64,000 bases of DNA from Bispira polyomma (lineage: Eukaryota): positions 42,842,001 through 42,906,000 of the forward strand of contig OZ287756.1 in assembly GCA_965649765.1 (NCBI GenBank). Reading direction: 5' to 3'. Below the pieces are notes generated by a model. That model worked only from the letters and a program-made list of their open reading frames with translations, had not been told where the DNA came from and made no database searches. How positions within the stretch are numbered: position 1 is the stretch's first letter; every line of letters begins with the position of its first letter. The position numbers and the translations under genes were made by a program. This document shows, piece by piece, positions 37,132 to 50,899 of this stretch.

Positions 37132-37413
37132 ATTTTGACATTTTTAACAAATTTTTAAGCCCCAAGCCAAACTAAAGGGAGGAAGGGATAGCTGCAGCAA
37201 ATGTAAGTGGTACTATAGACGCAGCTTGTGAAGTTTTCTGTAGGTATGTCCATACCGAGGAAGACCTCCATAGGCCATGGGCCATTATATTTTGTAATGA
37301 AACATTGTGATTAAATGCGAAGGTGGCCCCAGACCTTCTAAATGTATGAAAGCCATGTGATGCATATTGTATGCCTATATGTTATAGTACTGTTTGCAGT
37401 GCTACCCTGATGC
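37132..37413 (-). repeat. Inverted copy of the 3' end of element B's YR gene and the start of B1
   Basis: Reverse complement matches 32592-~32873 almost exactly in the coding part. Confidence 0.93.
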
Positions 37414-38209
37414 AGTATCAGCTTTTTTTCTAAGATGAGACTTAACTTGGGATTCACAAAAAGTCATGCACACCGAGCTTGAAGATTAATACAAGTTTAT
37501 ACCATAATACTGTATATCATGTTACTTTCGCTCAAATCCAAGGTTATAATGAGGTCTAATAATGACATTAATACTTTACTATTTATAGTGAGCATGAAAA
37601 ATCTTTGAAGTTGAATACTTGTGGTCAGCACATCACTAACACATCACAACACTTCTGTAAGTTTGTTAGAATGTTTAACCCCACAAAGCACTAGAGTATA
37701 AACAAAAATGGAACAGCATTTACAACAATGATGCAAGGCATATGTACACTGCACTTAGCCTACACTTCCATATGTGAGATATATCTTGGCCGATTTCAAC
37801 CGATATTTTTTATCACAATATTTAAAGTGTAGCCACTTCCATGCATCATATGTGATCAGATGTAAAAGCTCAGATTTTTTTTTTGTCAGCGCAAACAAAT
37901 AGGAAAAGTTGGCAGATTTTTGGTTTTATTTTTAGGATTATATCTTTTAAAATGTAATTTCAATGAAATGTGACACACAGAAACATATTTTTATAGGCAG
38001 AATGTAAGCATAAATCAGCCGACGTCTGACAAAAACTTTATAAAAAAAATCGACCAACGTCGGGATCGGCGAAATGAAAGTGTAGGCAAACTTATAAGTA
38101 TGCAAATAATTTTTTACAACAAAAACAAATGTCACAAGGCAAGCAACAGTGGATAATAAAACCATGTAGAATACATTCTAATATCCTGATAAGAATATGT
38201 AAGTTTAAT

Positions 38210-38463
38210 TTGAATTTGAATTTGGATATTTAACGTCCACTCTAGTACCTGTTTAGGTTATATTGGGACGGGTAGTTGGAAACGCTGGAGGAAACATTGC
38301 ATACAGTTGATCAAGGTTCTGCACTGAAACCAGTGACCCACGTTAAGGAACTACCACCTTTCCCACAAAGGCATCGACGGGATTCGAACTCACGCCGCCC
38401 AGAGGTGAGAGATCATTGATTGTGAAGCGCAATGCTTGCTAAACACTGGGCCACCGCGGCCCC
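38210..38463 (-). mobile_element. tRNA-derived SINE, full-length copy
   Basis: A and B boxes on -. Perfect 12-bp TSD tgtaagtttaat at 38198-38209 and 38464-38475. Confidence 0.93.
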
Positions 38464-40023
38464 TGTAAGTTTAATACAGCAATACCAAAAATAAAATAAC
38501 ATTAGAAATCATACTACAAATGTCACAGCCATGATGATGATACAGGAAAACAATCAATCAAGATAATACACAGGCTTGATGTACATTTGATGTGAACATT
38601 CACATTTATGCAAATTCATACACTAAAACAACAATTTGCAGTAAATACAAAAGTATTCGTGGTACTGATTTCTAGTTTAGACCAAGTGATTATTGACAAA
38701 GTTAATACAATTCTTTTCTGTTCTGTACATTTTAAAGATGAGTTTTGTCTGGTATGTCCGCACTTTAAAATTGGTCCAATTTGCTTTAACATCCAAGAAC
38801 AAATTTATGTATTAAAATGATCAATTAATATGGACTTTTGCATTGCTTAAATACTGATGGCTGATGAAAATGTCTATTAGTATATCAAACTATGTTTTGA
38901 AGCAGATGTTGTGTACAAAATATATTACTTTAGACGTGACTGTTAAAAGGTTAATAGTAAATACAAATTTGATCCCAAAACTGACCAGAATTAACAATGA
39001 CAAAACAAATATCGCAAAGTTCACACATTTTTTTGTAAAGGGTTCAGTTGTGTATTCTAAACACATAAAAACGCCAGGGATAAAGTATGCTACTTTTACT
39101 AATGTTTATTTGTAGTAGCTATGATGGTTTAGATTATCCCTTATTACAAGTTTTAATTATGTTGATACCCTTATACATGTACTTAATTACTTTGTTATAA
39201 AACTATCAACCACCCAACAACAATTCTTATATTGGATATCAAAGAATTTCAAAATCTATGTAGAACAATGTATTTGTAAAGAAATCTCCGAGAAGCTTTT
39301 CTGTTGTGACATAATATGGCTATTGATCCAGCATACATAAAGACATTATGTATGCTATTTCTTTGAATAAACTTGGACAAATATTAATATTTTTGTTACA
39401 CTTTTATGCCTTGTTATTTAATATTTGTTGCTCATAATTTTTTTAAATGAAACTTCAAATTTATAAAATTGAACTTCAATTAGTTTTACTTCTTACTTAA
39501 TTATTTTCTGTCATTATAACTTAAAATCTCTAATTTAAAAATTGACTTTGAGGTCTTAAAAGCAAATTAGTGTTTGTGCCTCAAAAGAGATTTTTTATCA
39601 TAATGTGGTACTGTGGACCCTTGAAGTAAACACTAGTCTGGCACAGTTCTGAAATAATTTAACTTCTTAACATGAAGTTAAAGTATAATATTCTAGTATA
39701 AATACACAATGTTATATAAAATCTGAGAGACTGTAGGCTAAACTATCTTATTAATGTCAAGCACAACCACACAGATATACAATTACATGTAGTTAAACAA
39801 ACAATACATACAGAAGTAACATTTTATTCGATATGCAGGCAAATGTTTTATCTTATTAGGGGCACTGTAAACTATTTAATTAGTTATACAAAAAGTATAA
39901 CTGTCAAATGGTGAAAGCCACTTTCCTAAACAAATGCTTTAACATGCTGGAGACAAAAAAATAATAGGCTTATGTAAAGGATACAGTAGTTGCCAAGGGG
40001 ATAATAGTATAACCATGCTATAG

Positions 40024-41053
40024 TTACTTCGATTCAACACAGTGGCAATCCTCTTCTCTGATGTCCTTGTGACCGCCCGACGGATCTAGTCTGTCCATTT
40101 TTATATCACCATAGAGTTGAAGGTCAGTCTGAAACTCATTATTCAAAGCTGTAATGCAGGGCTTTATATGGACACCGTAAAAACATGGTTTTTCACCAAA
40201 GGAAGGTATACTATATCTTGACCTTCCAGACAAAATACCAAGGGCAATCAAATCATCACCATTTTTCTCGTAGATTAAAGCTCCACTGTCTCCTTTCTCT
40301 GCAAATGTTTGCTTAGGCTGTTCAGTTTGTACCAGAAATACAAAACCATCATCTGTCAAAAAATGTGTATTCACTACCAATCCTTTTGTTTCACCCGTCA
40401 CTGCACCTAACTTATATACCGTTTGGCCAATTTTAACCTTTTTCAACGTTAGTTTTTTGTCCAAAGCCCTATCGATTTGGTGCTCCTCCTTAAGATTAGG
40501 CGCAATTGTCATCATTGCTACATCACAGAACATGCGCTTCCTATTAACTTTTTTAGATGATTTCAAACCTGAGCTGCTGGTGGCTAGCAGGATAGTTCTT
40601 CTGGAAACACCAGTATTCTCACTATGTGTTGCCTCTGACAAGATATATCTTTTTGCTATATTTTCTTTATCTTGCTTTAAGTTTAATACATGCTGTGCTG
40701 TAATTCCAAAAATCGTGTGTGATTTTTTTGTATCTTTAGCAAAACATGCAAGACTCCCATAGCCATAATTTTCTAAACATCGTTCTTCAAGAGTATCCAT
40801 GTTTTCATTGTATAGCAATACATCACAAACATTAATGAACTGAATATGTTTTACTTTGTGTCCCCTCTTGATGTCACCCTTCTTTTTGGTTAAAAATTGA
40901 ACAGAGAAATTGTTTTCTTCAATGTCAAAGTCAGATTTTCCATCTTGAAAGTGTTGGATATATTCGGTTGCTTCTTTTTTGAATCCTGGTTTGATGCCCA
41001 TTTTTATTCGCCCTTCATGTTCATAAGTGTAGTTAAACCACTTGGGTTTATCT
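40024..41053 (-). CDS. Terminal coding exon of a host gene encoding a trypsin-fold serine protease (NAL1/Ssy5/alpha-lytic-protease-like)
   Basis: Uninterrupted frame with the triad motifs GITAQHVL (His), FCDVAM (Asp) and AEKGDSGA (Ser), plus VYKLGAVTGETKG. Acceptor tttttctttcag immediately upstream (AG at 41055-41054). Confidence 0.8.
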
Positions 41054-42011
41054 CTGAAAGAAAAACATATTCATAAACAAAACAAACAGAGCAAAATTTG
41101 TATCAAAAGCATCATCCTTGATTATAACTTGATCCCATACTCCTTAAACGTAAACCTTTGATCTATAAATAAATTATTCCTCACAGAAATCCAAACTGAA
41201 ACATATACACCTGATGTGTTTAAATGCAAACTTTAATACAATGGTGTTGTGAAGTATCTAAACTGTTCAGTAAAGTCACAGAGCATTACAATTTCAACTG
41301 TTGCTTTATTTCAATCTCAATTTTGACTCGTAAAGGAATTAAGATATGAAAAATACTTATACAACACAGTACATTTTTAGAGAAAAGGGATGTTAGAAGG
41401 AAGTGAACATGATTGATGTTTAACTTTGTTCTTGATGAGTACAAATAAAATAAGATTGGTTCATTGTATGGTTCATTTTATAGTCATGTAATGCTTTTGC
41501 ACCAGAAAAACAGCATAAATAATTGTACGTTTGGTAAATAGGTGCTTGTCCTTTATTCCAGAAGGCCCTCCATTATTTGGCACAACAAATTACAAGATTT
41601 TATTTTAACAATAATGGTAAAATGTTAAAGAAAACAATAAACAACAAGATTAAACAACAGTTAAAATTTATTTTCTGTATAAAATGCCCTGATCCAGGGA
41701 AGGTCATAGATCAAATTAGGTTAAGTAAAAAAGTTTATGTGCCTAGTGGCATGTTAGTCATAGCAGACTTGAACTAATACTTGAACTAACAATCGGAAGA
41801 ACTGTCACCTGTACTTACAAATACTCAGTTACTGATACTCAATACAAACTCCGACGTTGACAGCATTATAAAACAATTGAAATATTAAGAAATATCACCT
41901 CTGTACATGCACTAATATGAATTTTTGTACCCTCACCTCTCTGGGGGTAAGCTAATTTATATTTTGTGAAAGAGATAAATAATCTGATTGCTTTACAAAC
42001 AAGAAATTTAC

Positions 42012-42063
42012 CTCTCATTTGCTATCTTCACCACAGTATCATCAACTTTATCATCTTCCGAAT
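42012..42063 (-). CDS. Predicted 52-nt internal exon of the protease gene (SEDDKVDDTVVKIANE)
   Basis: Flanked on - by ttatttttag and gtaaat. Its phase 2 end joins the terminal exon in frame (...ANE-R-DKPKW...). Confidence 0.6.
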
Positions 42064-44434
42064 CTAAAAATAATTATTTGTGTATAATAAGTGTGTATTA
42101 TCTATTAGTGTAGCTACAATTGTCTAGAACAGGGTAAGCTGCTTTTAGATACTTAATACCTAGGTCTCATTTACACCTTTGGCCGCCACAAATCTATCAC
42201 AGATTTAGCCATGATGGTTAGTCACTCTTAACTTGGTGCTAAGTCTCGAAATTTTTCAGAAACGTTTTGATTATTGACGATTAGTAGCTCTGTCAAAAAA
42301 GTTTTAAACTTTGCAACATGTAACAGCTTAAGGGGTGTTGCCCTATTATTTTGTCATTTATTTGCAAATGTTTGGCATCAGGAAGGATGTGTAACTGCTT
42401 AAGGTGGTTGGTTGGCCTAGTAACAGCTTGTTTTCTACTTTGTGTAAGTGACACATTGGTCACAGCTAGTCAGATTAATGGGTATATATGTTACAGGCAA
42501 ACTGTGTAATCAGGCATTTAGCGAAATCCCTGGAAATTTCAGTCATTTTGCGAAATCCCTGATTCACTTAGGCAATTCGCAAAATGACTAAAATTTCCAG
42601 AGATTTTGCAAAATGACTGAAATTTCCAGTCTATAATTACACACATTGCCCGACTGGTAATATATGATTTCAGGCAATTTGTGTAACAGTGTTTGATGTC
42701 CAATTTTATGCGACAACAAAGACATTTTAAAGAAGTCTAATCTTTCAATATTATACAAGGATAAAAGTAACCTTAGTCTTATGAATTGGTGAGAATTCAA
42801 AAACAAATTGTAAAAATTTTATTGTAATTTATCTTTTTGGAAGATAAATACTTAGCCTCACTAAGTGCTTTTATCCATATAGAATAAATGCTCGACCAAA
42901 AAGAAAGAAGTCTTTTTTTAAATACTATTCTTGTTCCTTGATACATGTGAACTGCGCATGTGCAGGAAATGTGTTTACTTCTTGATACAGCATGATACAG
43001 TCATATTTCAATTGGGAGTCCCTGCCACACAAATATAGTGGGGTTTAGGTGGGCGGGCATCCAACTTGTGAGGATAAGGTAAGTATGTATCTTACAAAAA
43101 GGTAAATTACAATAAAATTTTTACATTTTATTGCGATAAATATCCTTACCTTATCCTCACTAAGTGCTTGATTCCAACCTTCAAGGTAGAGGGTTTTTGT
43201 GTGACAGAACCCCACGTAAAGAAATTTATTGGAAAGCACTTTGTCGAGAACAAGATGAGTAACATGTGAAAGTGAATGAGTTGTGGAAGGAACTTAGAGA
43301 TAGTTAGGTCAGCTATTACATAGGCCTACTGTAATTCCCTAGTCTAACTCCCTGTAACTCTTAGAGTAGAAATCAGAAATGATTAGGCAAACGTTTCATA
43401 GGAATACCTTAAACAAGACTATTCTTACTCATTGTACTATACTGTACTAGTACTATCGTGTATTTCATTGTACTTGACTTTGTCGAGGACAAGATGTGTG
43501 AAAGTGAATAACACTATAGAAATACACCAACAGCAACGATCAAGTAATACCAGCTAAGGTTTACATTAATCAAAAACTATTGAGTAATCCAAGAACAAAA
43601 CACTGACATTAAGATTAAAAGATAGCAACTATGGCGTACCCTAATCAAAACTAGTAGTGCAGTCCCTTATACACATGCATCTGTACAGAAACTGCTGAAA
43701 GATGGTGGGTAATGAAATAGGTGCAGTCATCTAACCATACAGTGTAAACTGTCATAAAGATGGCACCAAAAATCGTCAAGCAGGACACAACCTCTTAAAC
43801 TATATATTGGGAGGCCTGCAAAGAAGAGACAACACACATAAGTCATCAGCATATGGTAAAGACACAGAAAAAACTCTAAATGCTCACACAGAAACATTAC
43901 AGTAGACTCAATACACAAAGATGTCTCAACTCCAGTATATTATTTTTTGTGGGTGAAGGGAACCTCAAAGTAACACCTGATTTAGTCTTGTGGCACAGGT
44001 TCTATTCATGTAGTCTACTGATATAACATAACAGTCATAGATACAGTGACAAATTGTGTAAAATGTCCAAACACAACCACTTAGGAAGTTAGGACACAGG
44101 TACTCTGAGTCGGGTTTGTTGCCCTTAGTAACAAACTAGTGAAACTGCAAACCTTGAAGGCTAAAGAGGCAGTCATAGCTCTTAACCATGTGCCTTAACC
44201 TGACAAAGGTTCTCAATCGCAATGTCTACAAACTGATAATCCAACAAGATTGTCTGTTTTAGCCAAGATGAAAAGGAAATCCTTGTATAACTTTCTAAAA
44301 TTTTCCCTGTAGGCAACTTCTGAGGGCACTTGAGATTGAATCTCAGAGAACTCAGAAGATAGAAGGTAAACAAGATAAGAATTGCGACCAATAATTGGTC
44401 GCTTAATTTGGGCAAAAACACAAAAAAACTACAT

Positions 44435-45172
44435 TTTCACCAAGGTGATTTTGTCCAAGTTATAGGTTGGGGACAAGACTTTGAATTTGGATATTTAACG
44501 TCCACTCTAGTACCTGTTTAGGTTATATTGGGACTGGTAGTTGGAAACGCTGGAGGAAACACTGCATACAGTTAATCAAGGTTCTGCACTGAAACCAGTG
44601 GCCCACAGTAAAGAACTACCACCTTTCCCACATATGGATCAACAGGATTCAAACTCACACCGCTCAGAGGTGAGAGACCAGTGATTGTGAAGCGCAATGC
44701 TTGCTAACCACTAAGCCACCGTGGTCCCCAGGCTGGGGACAAAAAAAGAAATAATTTTGACTAGGGTGATTTTGTCAAAGTTATACACTGGAGACCAAAA
44801 AAAAAAAAAAAAAAAAAATTAAATTTTGATCAGGGCGATTTAGTCTCAAGTTATAAGTTGGAGACAAAAAAAATAATTAAATTTGACCAGGGCGATTTTG
44901 GCGAATCACCATGTTGGCCAAGTTCATGACTTATAGGATAGAGACAAGAATTTTTATTTTGACCAGGGCGATTTTGTCCAACTTATAGTTTGGAGATAAA
45001 AAAAACATACTTTTGACAAGGGCGTTTTTTTTAAGTTATAGGTTGGGAAAAAAAATAATTTTGAACATGGCAATTTTGTCCAAGTTATAGATTGGAGAAC
45101 AAAAAAATTGTATTTTGACCAGGACGATTTTGTCTAAGTTTAGATTGGAGACAAGAATTTTTATTTTGACCA
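44435..45172 (+). repeat. Tandem array of ~55-60-bp units (ttttgaccagggcgattttgtccaagttataggttggagacaa(a)n), interrupted by a SINE
   Basis: About 8 recognisable units with a variable poly(A) segment. Confidence 0.85.
44480..44729 (-). mobile_element. tRNA-derived SINE, full-length copy
   Basis: Collinear with the other copies. TSD agg(t/c)tggggacaa at 44464-44476 and 44730-44742. Confidence 0.92.
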
Positions 45173-48100
45173 GGTTCCCTTGTTGTAGGCTGTATGTAGT
45201 ATATAAATAGAAACGATATTTCTGTAAAAGTCATAACGGATCGAATTGTTGAAAAAATTGAAACGTCTGGTTACCAAAGGTACAGTGTCTAGTATATTCT
45301 ATTTTCGCTCATGCTATGAAAGTGATGTATTAAAGAGGGTATTGATCATTTCACTGCACATGCTCGGAAGATCATGTGACCTTACTACATACTCTATTTT
45401 CAGCTGCGTGTAACTGCCAACAATCTGCCAGTATCGCCCATGGAGTGATGATTTTTCACTACAAATTCTATGAATCTCTGCGAATCTGATGAATTGGATG
45501 AATCTTTGAATTTATAAGAATATGAGAAGAAGTTAAACTTCCCAAGTATACCTTTTTCGGCTAGAAACACTGCAAAATCCAACTCATCTCCACGTGCAGA
45601 ACTTGGACAGCCAGCCATTTGCGTTCTCTCTAAACCTTGCCATTAGTATTGAACTCGCTCGGAAAAAGAGATATAAAAGCCCAGACTTACCCCATCCACA
45701 CAGGGGTTCTGGCATTTGTACTAGTAATCCATCCACACAATATTAGTAAAAATTCTTTCATTTCCGGTGCTGTGAAAACGCAGAGAACTCTCCCTAAATC
45801 TCACACTGCACACATTGTGTACGCTGGGAAATGGTATTTTGTCACAGCCATTTGCAGAGATATCCATTCGATTTGATCCGGAAATCAAACTGTGCACCAA
45901 TCTCCTGGAGAATGGTATCTTGTATAATAAAAAACAATCTTGAAACCAAGGTAACGCTGCCAGAAATCGACCTTGTTTATATGCTTAAAATGCAGAGCCT
46001 ATCTCATCATACGCACAACAGTCACTACTTCTGTCTCAAGCAATGCTGAAATGACCAACGGCAATACGTAGCAGTCTTTAGTAGGGATAACTGTTGAGAA
46101 GACTGTGATAAGGCAGAATACTGTAAGGAAGGTGTTTTACTGTCAAAAACATAGCCCTTTTAGCAATCTGACAACTTCTGAAAACCATTTGCTTTTCCGT
46201 GAAAACTTTGTAGAGATCTCTGTTGAGAAGACTGTAAAACATGGCTAAAGATATGACAGCTAACCACAAGGCCAGACTGGCTCTCTGGTTCACTGGACGA
46301 TGCTGCAAACTTCAGACATTGTACAGGCTACTAGGCATACAAATACTTGGACATTACTGTAGAAACATTGTTCCTCAGTCACACCACGGCAGAGAGGCGA
46401 TGGATCTTCTACATATAAAAGCAGCAGTGGTCTACAGGATTCTGCACATCCATCTCCCATCTTTAATGCTGGAGCTAAGTAAATTTTGACCTATCTGGGG
46501 CCTTGCCCCTGTCCCAACCACCCACCACTTGAGAACGTCAAAGGCCTGTGGAGGGTCTACAGCAGTCGTGGGCTGATCTTCTACCACAGGTCTTCCTTCA
46601 AAGGACGCACTGGACTGCAAACTTCAGACAAAGTAGAGGCTATTAGGCATACAATGTTGAGTTTTGGCGGGACATCACTGTAGAAACATCCTTCCCAGTC
46701 ACACCAAGGCAAAGAGATGATGGATCCTCTGCAGGTAACAACAGCAGCATCCTTCAGTATTCTGCACATCCATCTGCCATCTACACAACCACTGGCTACT
46801 TCAGAACATCAAAGGGCTGTAGAGGGTCTCAGTCAGTCGAGGGCTGGTCTTGTACCCCTCGTTCGCTGGCGGCATGGGAGTTCCCCAGACATCAGCACGC
46901 ACTGGTAGGGTATTAGGTCTATAGGGCTATGCCCCTACCTTCTACCCTCCAAGCGGTCATGGTCGTCTCCACACACTGGGAGAGCGTTAGGTCTATAGGC
47001 TTTAGCCCTACCCTCCACTCTCGCCATGCGGTCATTACCCAATTCAGTTAGGATTTGCTGAAGACGGTCATCTGGTTTCATCAACACAGGATGGACTGTT
47101 CCAAAAACCGTCAAAACAGCAATGGACACTGCCGGAAATTCGCAAAAATGGAGACACAAATGCTGAGTTCTGTTCAAACAAACTGAAGTAACCCTTCAGC
47201 TGATGCTGTTTAAAAAACAAACAAATTTCTATGTGGTCTGAGCCGAAAGGTTGCACTTTCCAATGGACGACTAAATGAAATATGTCGGTATTATGCTGTA
47301 TCAGGAAGTAAACACACTTCCTGCACATGCGCAGCTCACATGTGTCGAGGAACAAGAATAGTCTTTGAAAAAAGACTTTTTTCTTTTTGGTCAAGCATTT
47401 ATTCAAAATGAATAAAAGCACTTTGTGAGAAAAAGGTAAGGATATTTATCACAATAAAAATATTATGTATTACAGTATGAAGTTATGATGAGTTAAATGA
47501 GTTACTACTTTAGCCTCATTAAAAAAATTATGTATTTGAAATACAATTATGTACATGTAGTACCATAAAATAATACCATTATCAAAGCTGTTAAACTAAA
47601 CTGTACTACCAGATATGAAAAAGTAATATGAATTGTAAATGTAATGTGGACTGTGCAAAATTGTGAAGTGAACGTTGTATTGATGTGGTGTTTTGTTTTT
47701 AATTGGGATATTTAACGTCCACTCTAGTACTGTATTGATGTGAACCACATGAAGGAAAATCAATAAAAAAAAAGAAACAAAAGGTCATCCCTGAGGAAGT
47801 ATTAGTCTTTATTATCAAAGATCTTGGTATCTTTTAATGTTTGCCAGTAAAAGAATTTTAAATTTAGCAGCAGAAGAGTGATTAACGTCTGGGTAAGAGG
47901 ATCCTCTCACGTACTATGTCTGCATTGAAGAGACATATGAAACTGTTTCAATACAAAAGTATTACATTTTCAATAATTAACACAATTTAGGCAATGCGCG
48001 AAATGTGTGAGCCTAAAAACCAGTCATTTCGAGATATCCCTGAAAATTTCAGCCTTTTCGCGAATTGCCAAAGTGAATCAGGGATTTCGTGAAATAACTG

Positions 48101-49229
48101 AAATTTCCAGGGATTTCACAAAATCCCTCATTATGCAGTTTGCCTGTAACATATGTGCCGCAGTATGTTAACCTTGGAAATGTATTTCTTGTCTTTTGGA
48201 AGACCCTTAATGATTTGACTTGTTTTTATCAAAATCATTACAGTATCAAAATAATTAAAATTATTTATTAGCGTCGATAATAGCATCCCTAAATAAAGAG
48301 GTTTATTATGTGTAACCTAGCAACACATAAGGCACCATTTTGATTCGAAGAGCTCTTTTCCTGCTACTAATATATAGTTAAATTGAAATGTATGGTGACA
48401 ATTACTACTAGTGTTACAGATGCATTATACTACATCGAACATGCTACAGATTACTACCTAGTGCTATATTTCTGCCACGAGTTACTGTCACATGCTATGT
48501 CGAACTGTCACAGACCGTGATATATTGTCCCTGATATGCATCCAGTTTAGTAAGATCTGTCGCTAGGAAATCGGCTATAAACAAATGCTACAGATTGAAA
48601 CAAAGCATTCCAATTGGACAACGGTCCTTCGCATTCGAAAACCAAACTACTGCTATTTGGAGCGCACAGCCATTTAAAATTTGCTTTCAATGGTGACATT
48701 TTTTAAATAATTTAATATTTTCTTTATTTCGTGATGGCTAGGTCACCCCTAACTCAGAATACTCTGAGCTGCCCAAGCTGTAGAAGATACTCTTTTGCAT
48801 TCAGACTAGTATCATGAAATGGATTTGAGCCAATGATAAGTCTGAGTCTTCTAAGATTCAGCCCTGTAAGTACCAACTATACTACAATTTTTGAAATAAA
48901 TGTAATGTGGTTCAAATTAAGTAATACATAATTGGAATGAAACTAAATAAATTTAATGTGGTTTAAATTAAGTAATACATAATTGGAATGAAACTTTCTA
49001 AAATATATCTCATGTAATGTATCAATTTCAACTAAATACTGATTAGTCTGTTGAAGAAATATCTGTAATTACTGTAAATTATACAATACTGTGTTTTTAC
49101 TAAAGTCTTGATTCATCTATTTATTATTTCCCAATTAATCAGTTGTAACAGACCCCTTTGTCTATTCAATTATTTGAAATTGAATACAAAACATGATCCC
49201 AATGCCCGAACAGTCATATGACCAGCTTG

Positions 49230-50240
49230 CTTTTCATTGATAACCTTTAGGACCCCAGTTTGACCTTGAGAATTGCCACAAAGACTATGAAGTCATACAG
49301 CAAGTGGAATGGCATTACATATAAGTAATATTTTTAGATATTACACAAAATAGTGGAAATTTATTATTCCAATTTGACCTTGAATCCAAGATCAGAGGTC
49401 AAATCTGGCCAATGCAGTAGAATCTTTCACCCTGGTTTTCTCTATACTCACGACACATTCCAACTATGTAATTTCTACCAAGAATAAAGAAAATATAAAG
49501 CAAATACATCAAATTTGACCCCATTTTCGGGCAATAGGAATGACTGTGAAATGTTTCTGTATGATTCATAATCTTATCACTTCGATTATGGAACACTACA
49601 TGAATATAATTAGAACGTTTGGTGGCACTCCAAGTAATCATTTAAGATTTGACACAAAATATTCGAAATTGACCTTTATAACCACAGTTTGACCTTAAAT
49701 CCAAGGGCACAGGTCAAATTTGACCAGTACATTAGATTGCTTGACCCTAGTTTCCTATACGGTCACAATGCATTCCAACTCTCTAAACCCAAAAGTTAAT
49801 AAGATATAAGGCAAAAATATGAAAAGTAACATTGAAACACATCTGTATGGTTCATACCCTACCAGTAACGAGACAGACCCATAATGATATACTAGAAATT
49901 TTGGTGGAATTCTAAGTAATGCTTTTTGAGATATGACACAAAATACTAGAAATTGAACTTTATGACCTGTTTGACCTTGAACTCGAGGTTACAGGTGGCA
50001 TTTAACCTTGAAACAGATCTGTATGGTTCCAATCAGTAAAATTGTAGAGCCCTATGGAAAAGTCCTAGCAAGTTTAATGACATTTTAAGTAATAATGTTT
50101 GAAATAGGACACAATATTATGGAAATTGACCTTTAAGACCCCAGTTTAATCTTGAACTTTCAAATCTGACCAGGGCATTCGATTATCTGATCCTGGTTTC
50201 CTATATGCTCACAATACATTCAGAATCTCTGAACCCAATA
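49230..50240 (+). repeat. Degenerate tandem-subrepeat region rich in TTGACCTT motifs (interspersed-repeat remnant)
   Basis: Recurrent gacacaaaata..gaaattgaccttta...tttgaccttgaa blocks at ~49340, 49650, 49935 and 50108. Confidence 0.55.
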
Positions 50241-50899
50241 GTTAAGGATATATTTGACATTTTATTAATCTTCAAAAATATTCAAAAATTTTTAAAATTC
50301 CAAAACTGAAACCTGACCAAAATAAAGAAAGTTTAATATATATATGGTAAGGTATATGTTTGTGAAATTTCAGACTGATCCCTTCAGCAGTTCTGGAGAA
50401 AAAACTTGTCAAAGAACATACTGTTTGTATTAGAAAGATAGGAAAAATTTCTAAAACGCAAAGGTAAAGCCTGGGATAATCTTTAGAATGGTCCTAGATA
50501 ATTACCCTAGGTACCTGTAAAAAAACCAGGAAGTCTATATCAATTGCACTCGGACACAGACCTATGGGATAAATATTCAAAAAGGGCTTCAGGACGGTAT
50601 TTAATCAGTCAGCCAATGACCTTGAATTTTTTTATTACAGAACCATGTATTATTGCTGAGGATTGCAATTTTGAAAAATTTTATATTTATTTTAATTTTT
50701 TAACACTAACTATTTGTTGGAGCCATCCAACTCATTGACCAAAACAGACATGCGATGTTTAAGGTATAGCACTACCTTAACCAGTCCAGCGAGTATAGTT
50801 GTCTGTCCTCCCACCAACCAAGTTACATGACCAAGCTTGCTTACTTCATTTTTTTTGTTGAAAGAATAATAAAAGAATCAATTAAGTATGGATATATTA

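Larger units (their letters stand above)
42805..47460 (-). mobile_element. DIRS1-like YR retrotransposon, decayed, with ITRs and internal complementary region (ICR)
   Basis: ITRs ~42845-43012 and ~47272-47460. The ICR at 43068-43170 is complementary to both termini. YR remnant SSWLKQTILLDYQ...QVKAH followed by RAMTASLAF at ~44150-44300. Confidence 0.85.
42489..48151. mobile_element. Non-autonomous DNA transposon with ~130-bp TIRs (TGTTACAGGC...GCCTGTAACA) hosting a DIRS1-like insertion
   Basis: 42489-42620 is the reverse complement of 48021-48151. Flanks tata and tatg suggest a TA or 4-bp TSD. Confidence 0.8.

Noticed and set aside
45400-46049. Short ORFs inside the first DIRS1-like element as a captured gene
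   Set aside because: Short, with no recognisable domain and no consistent frame.
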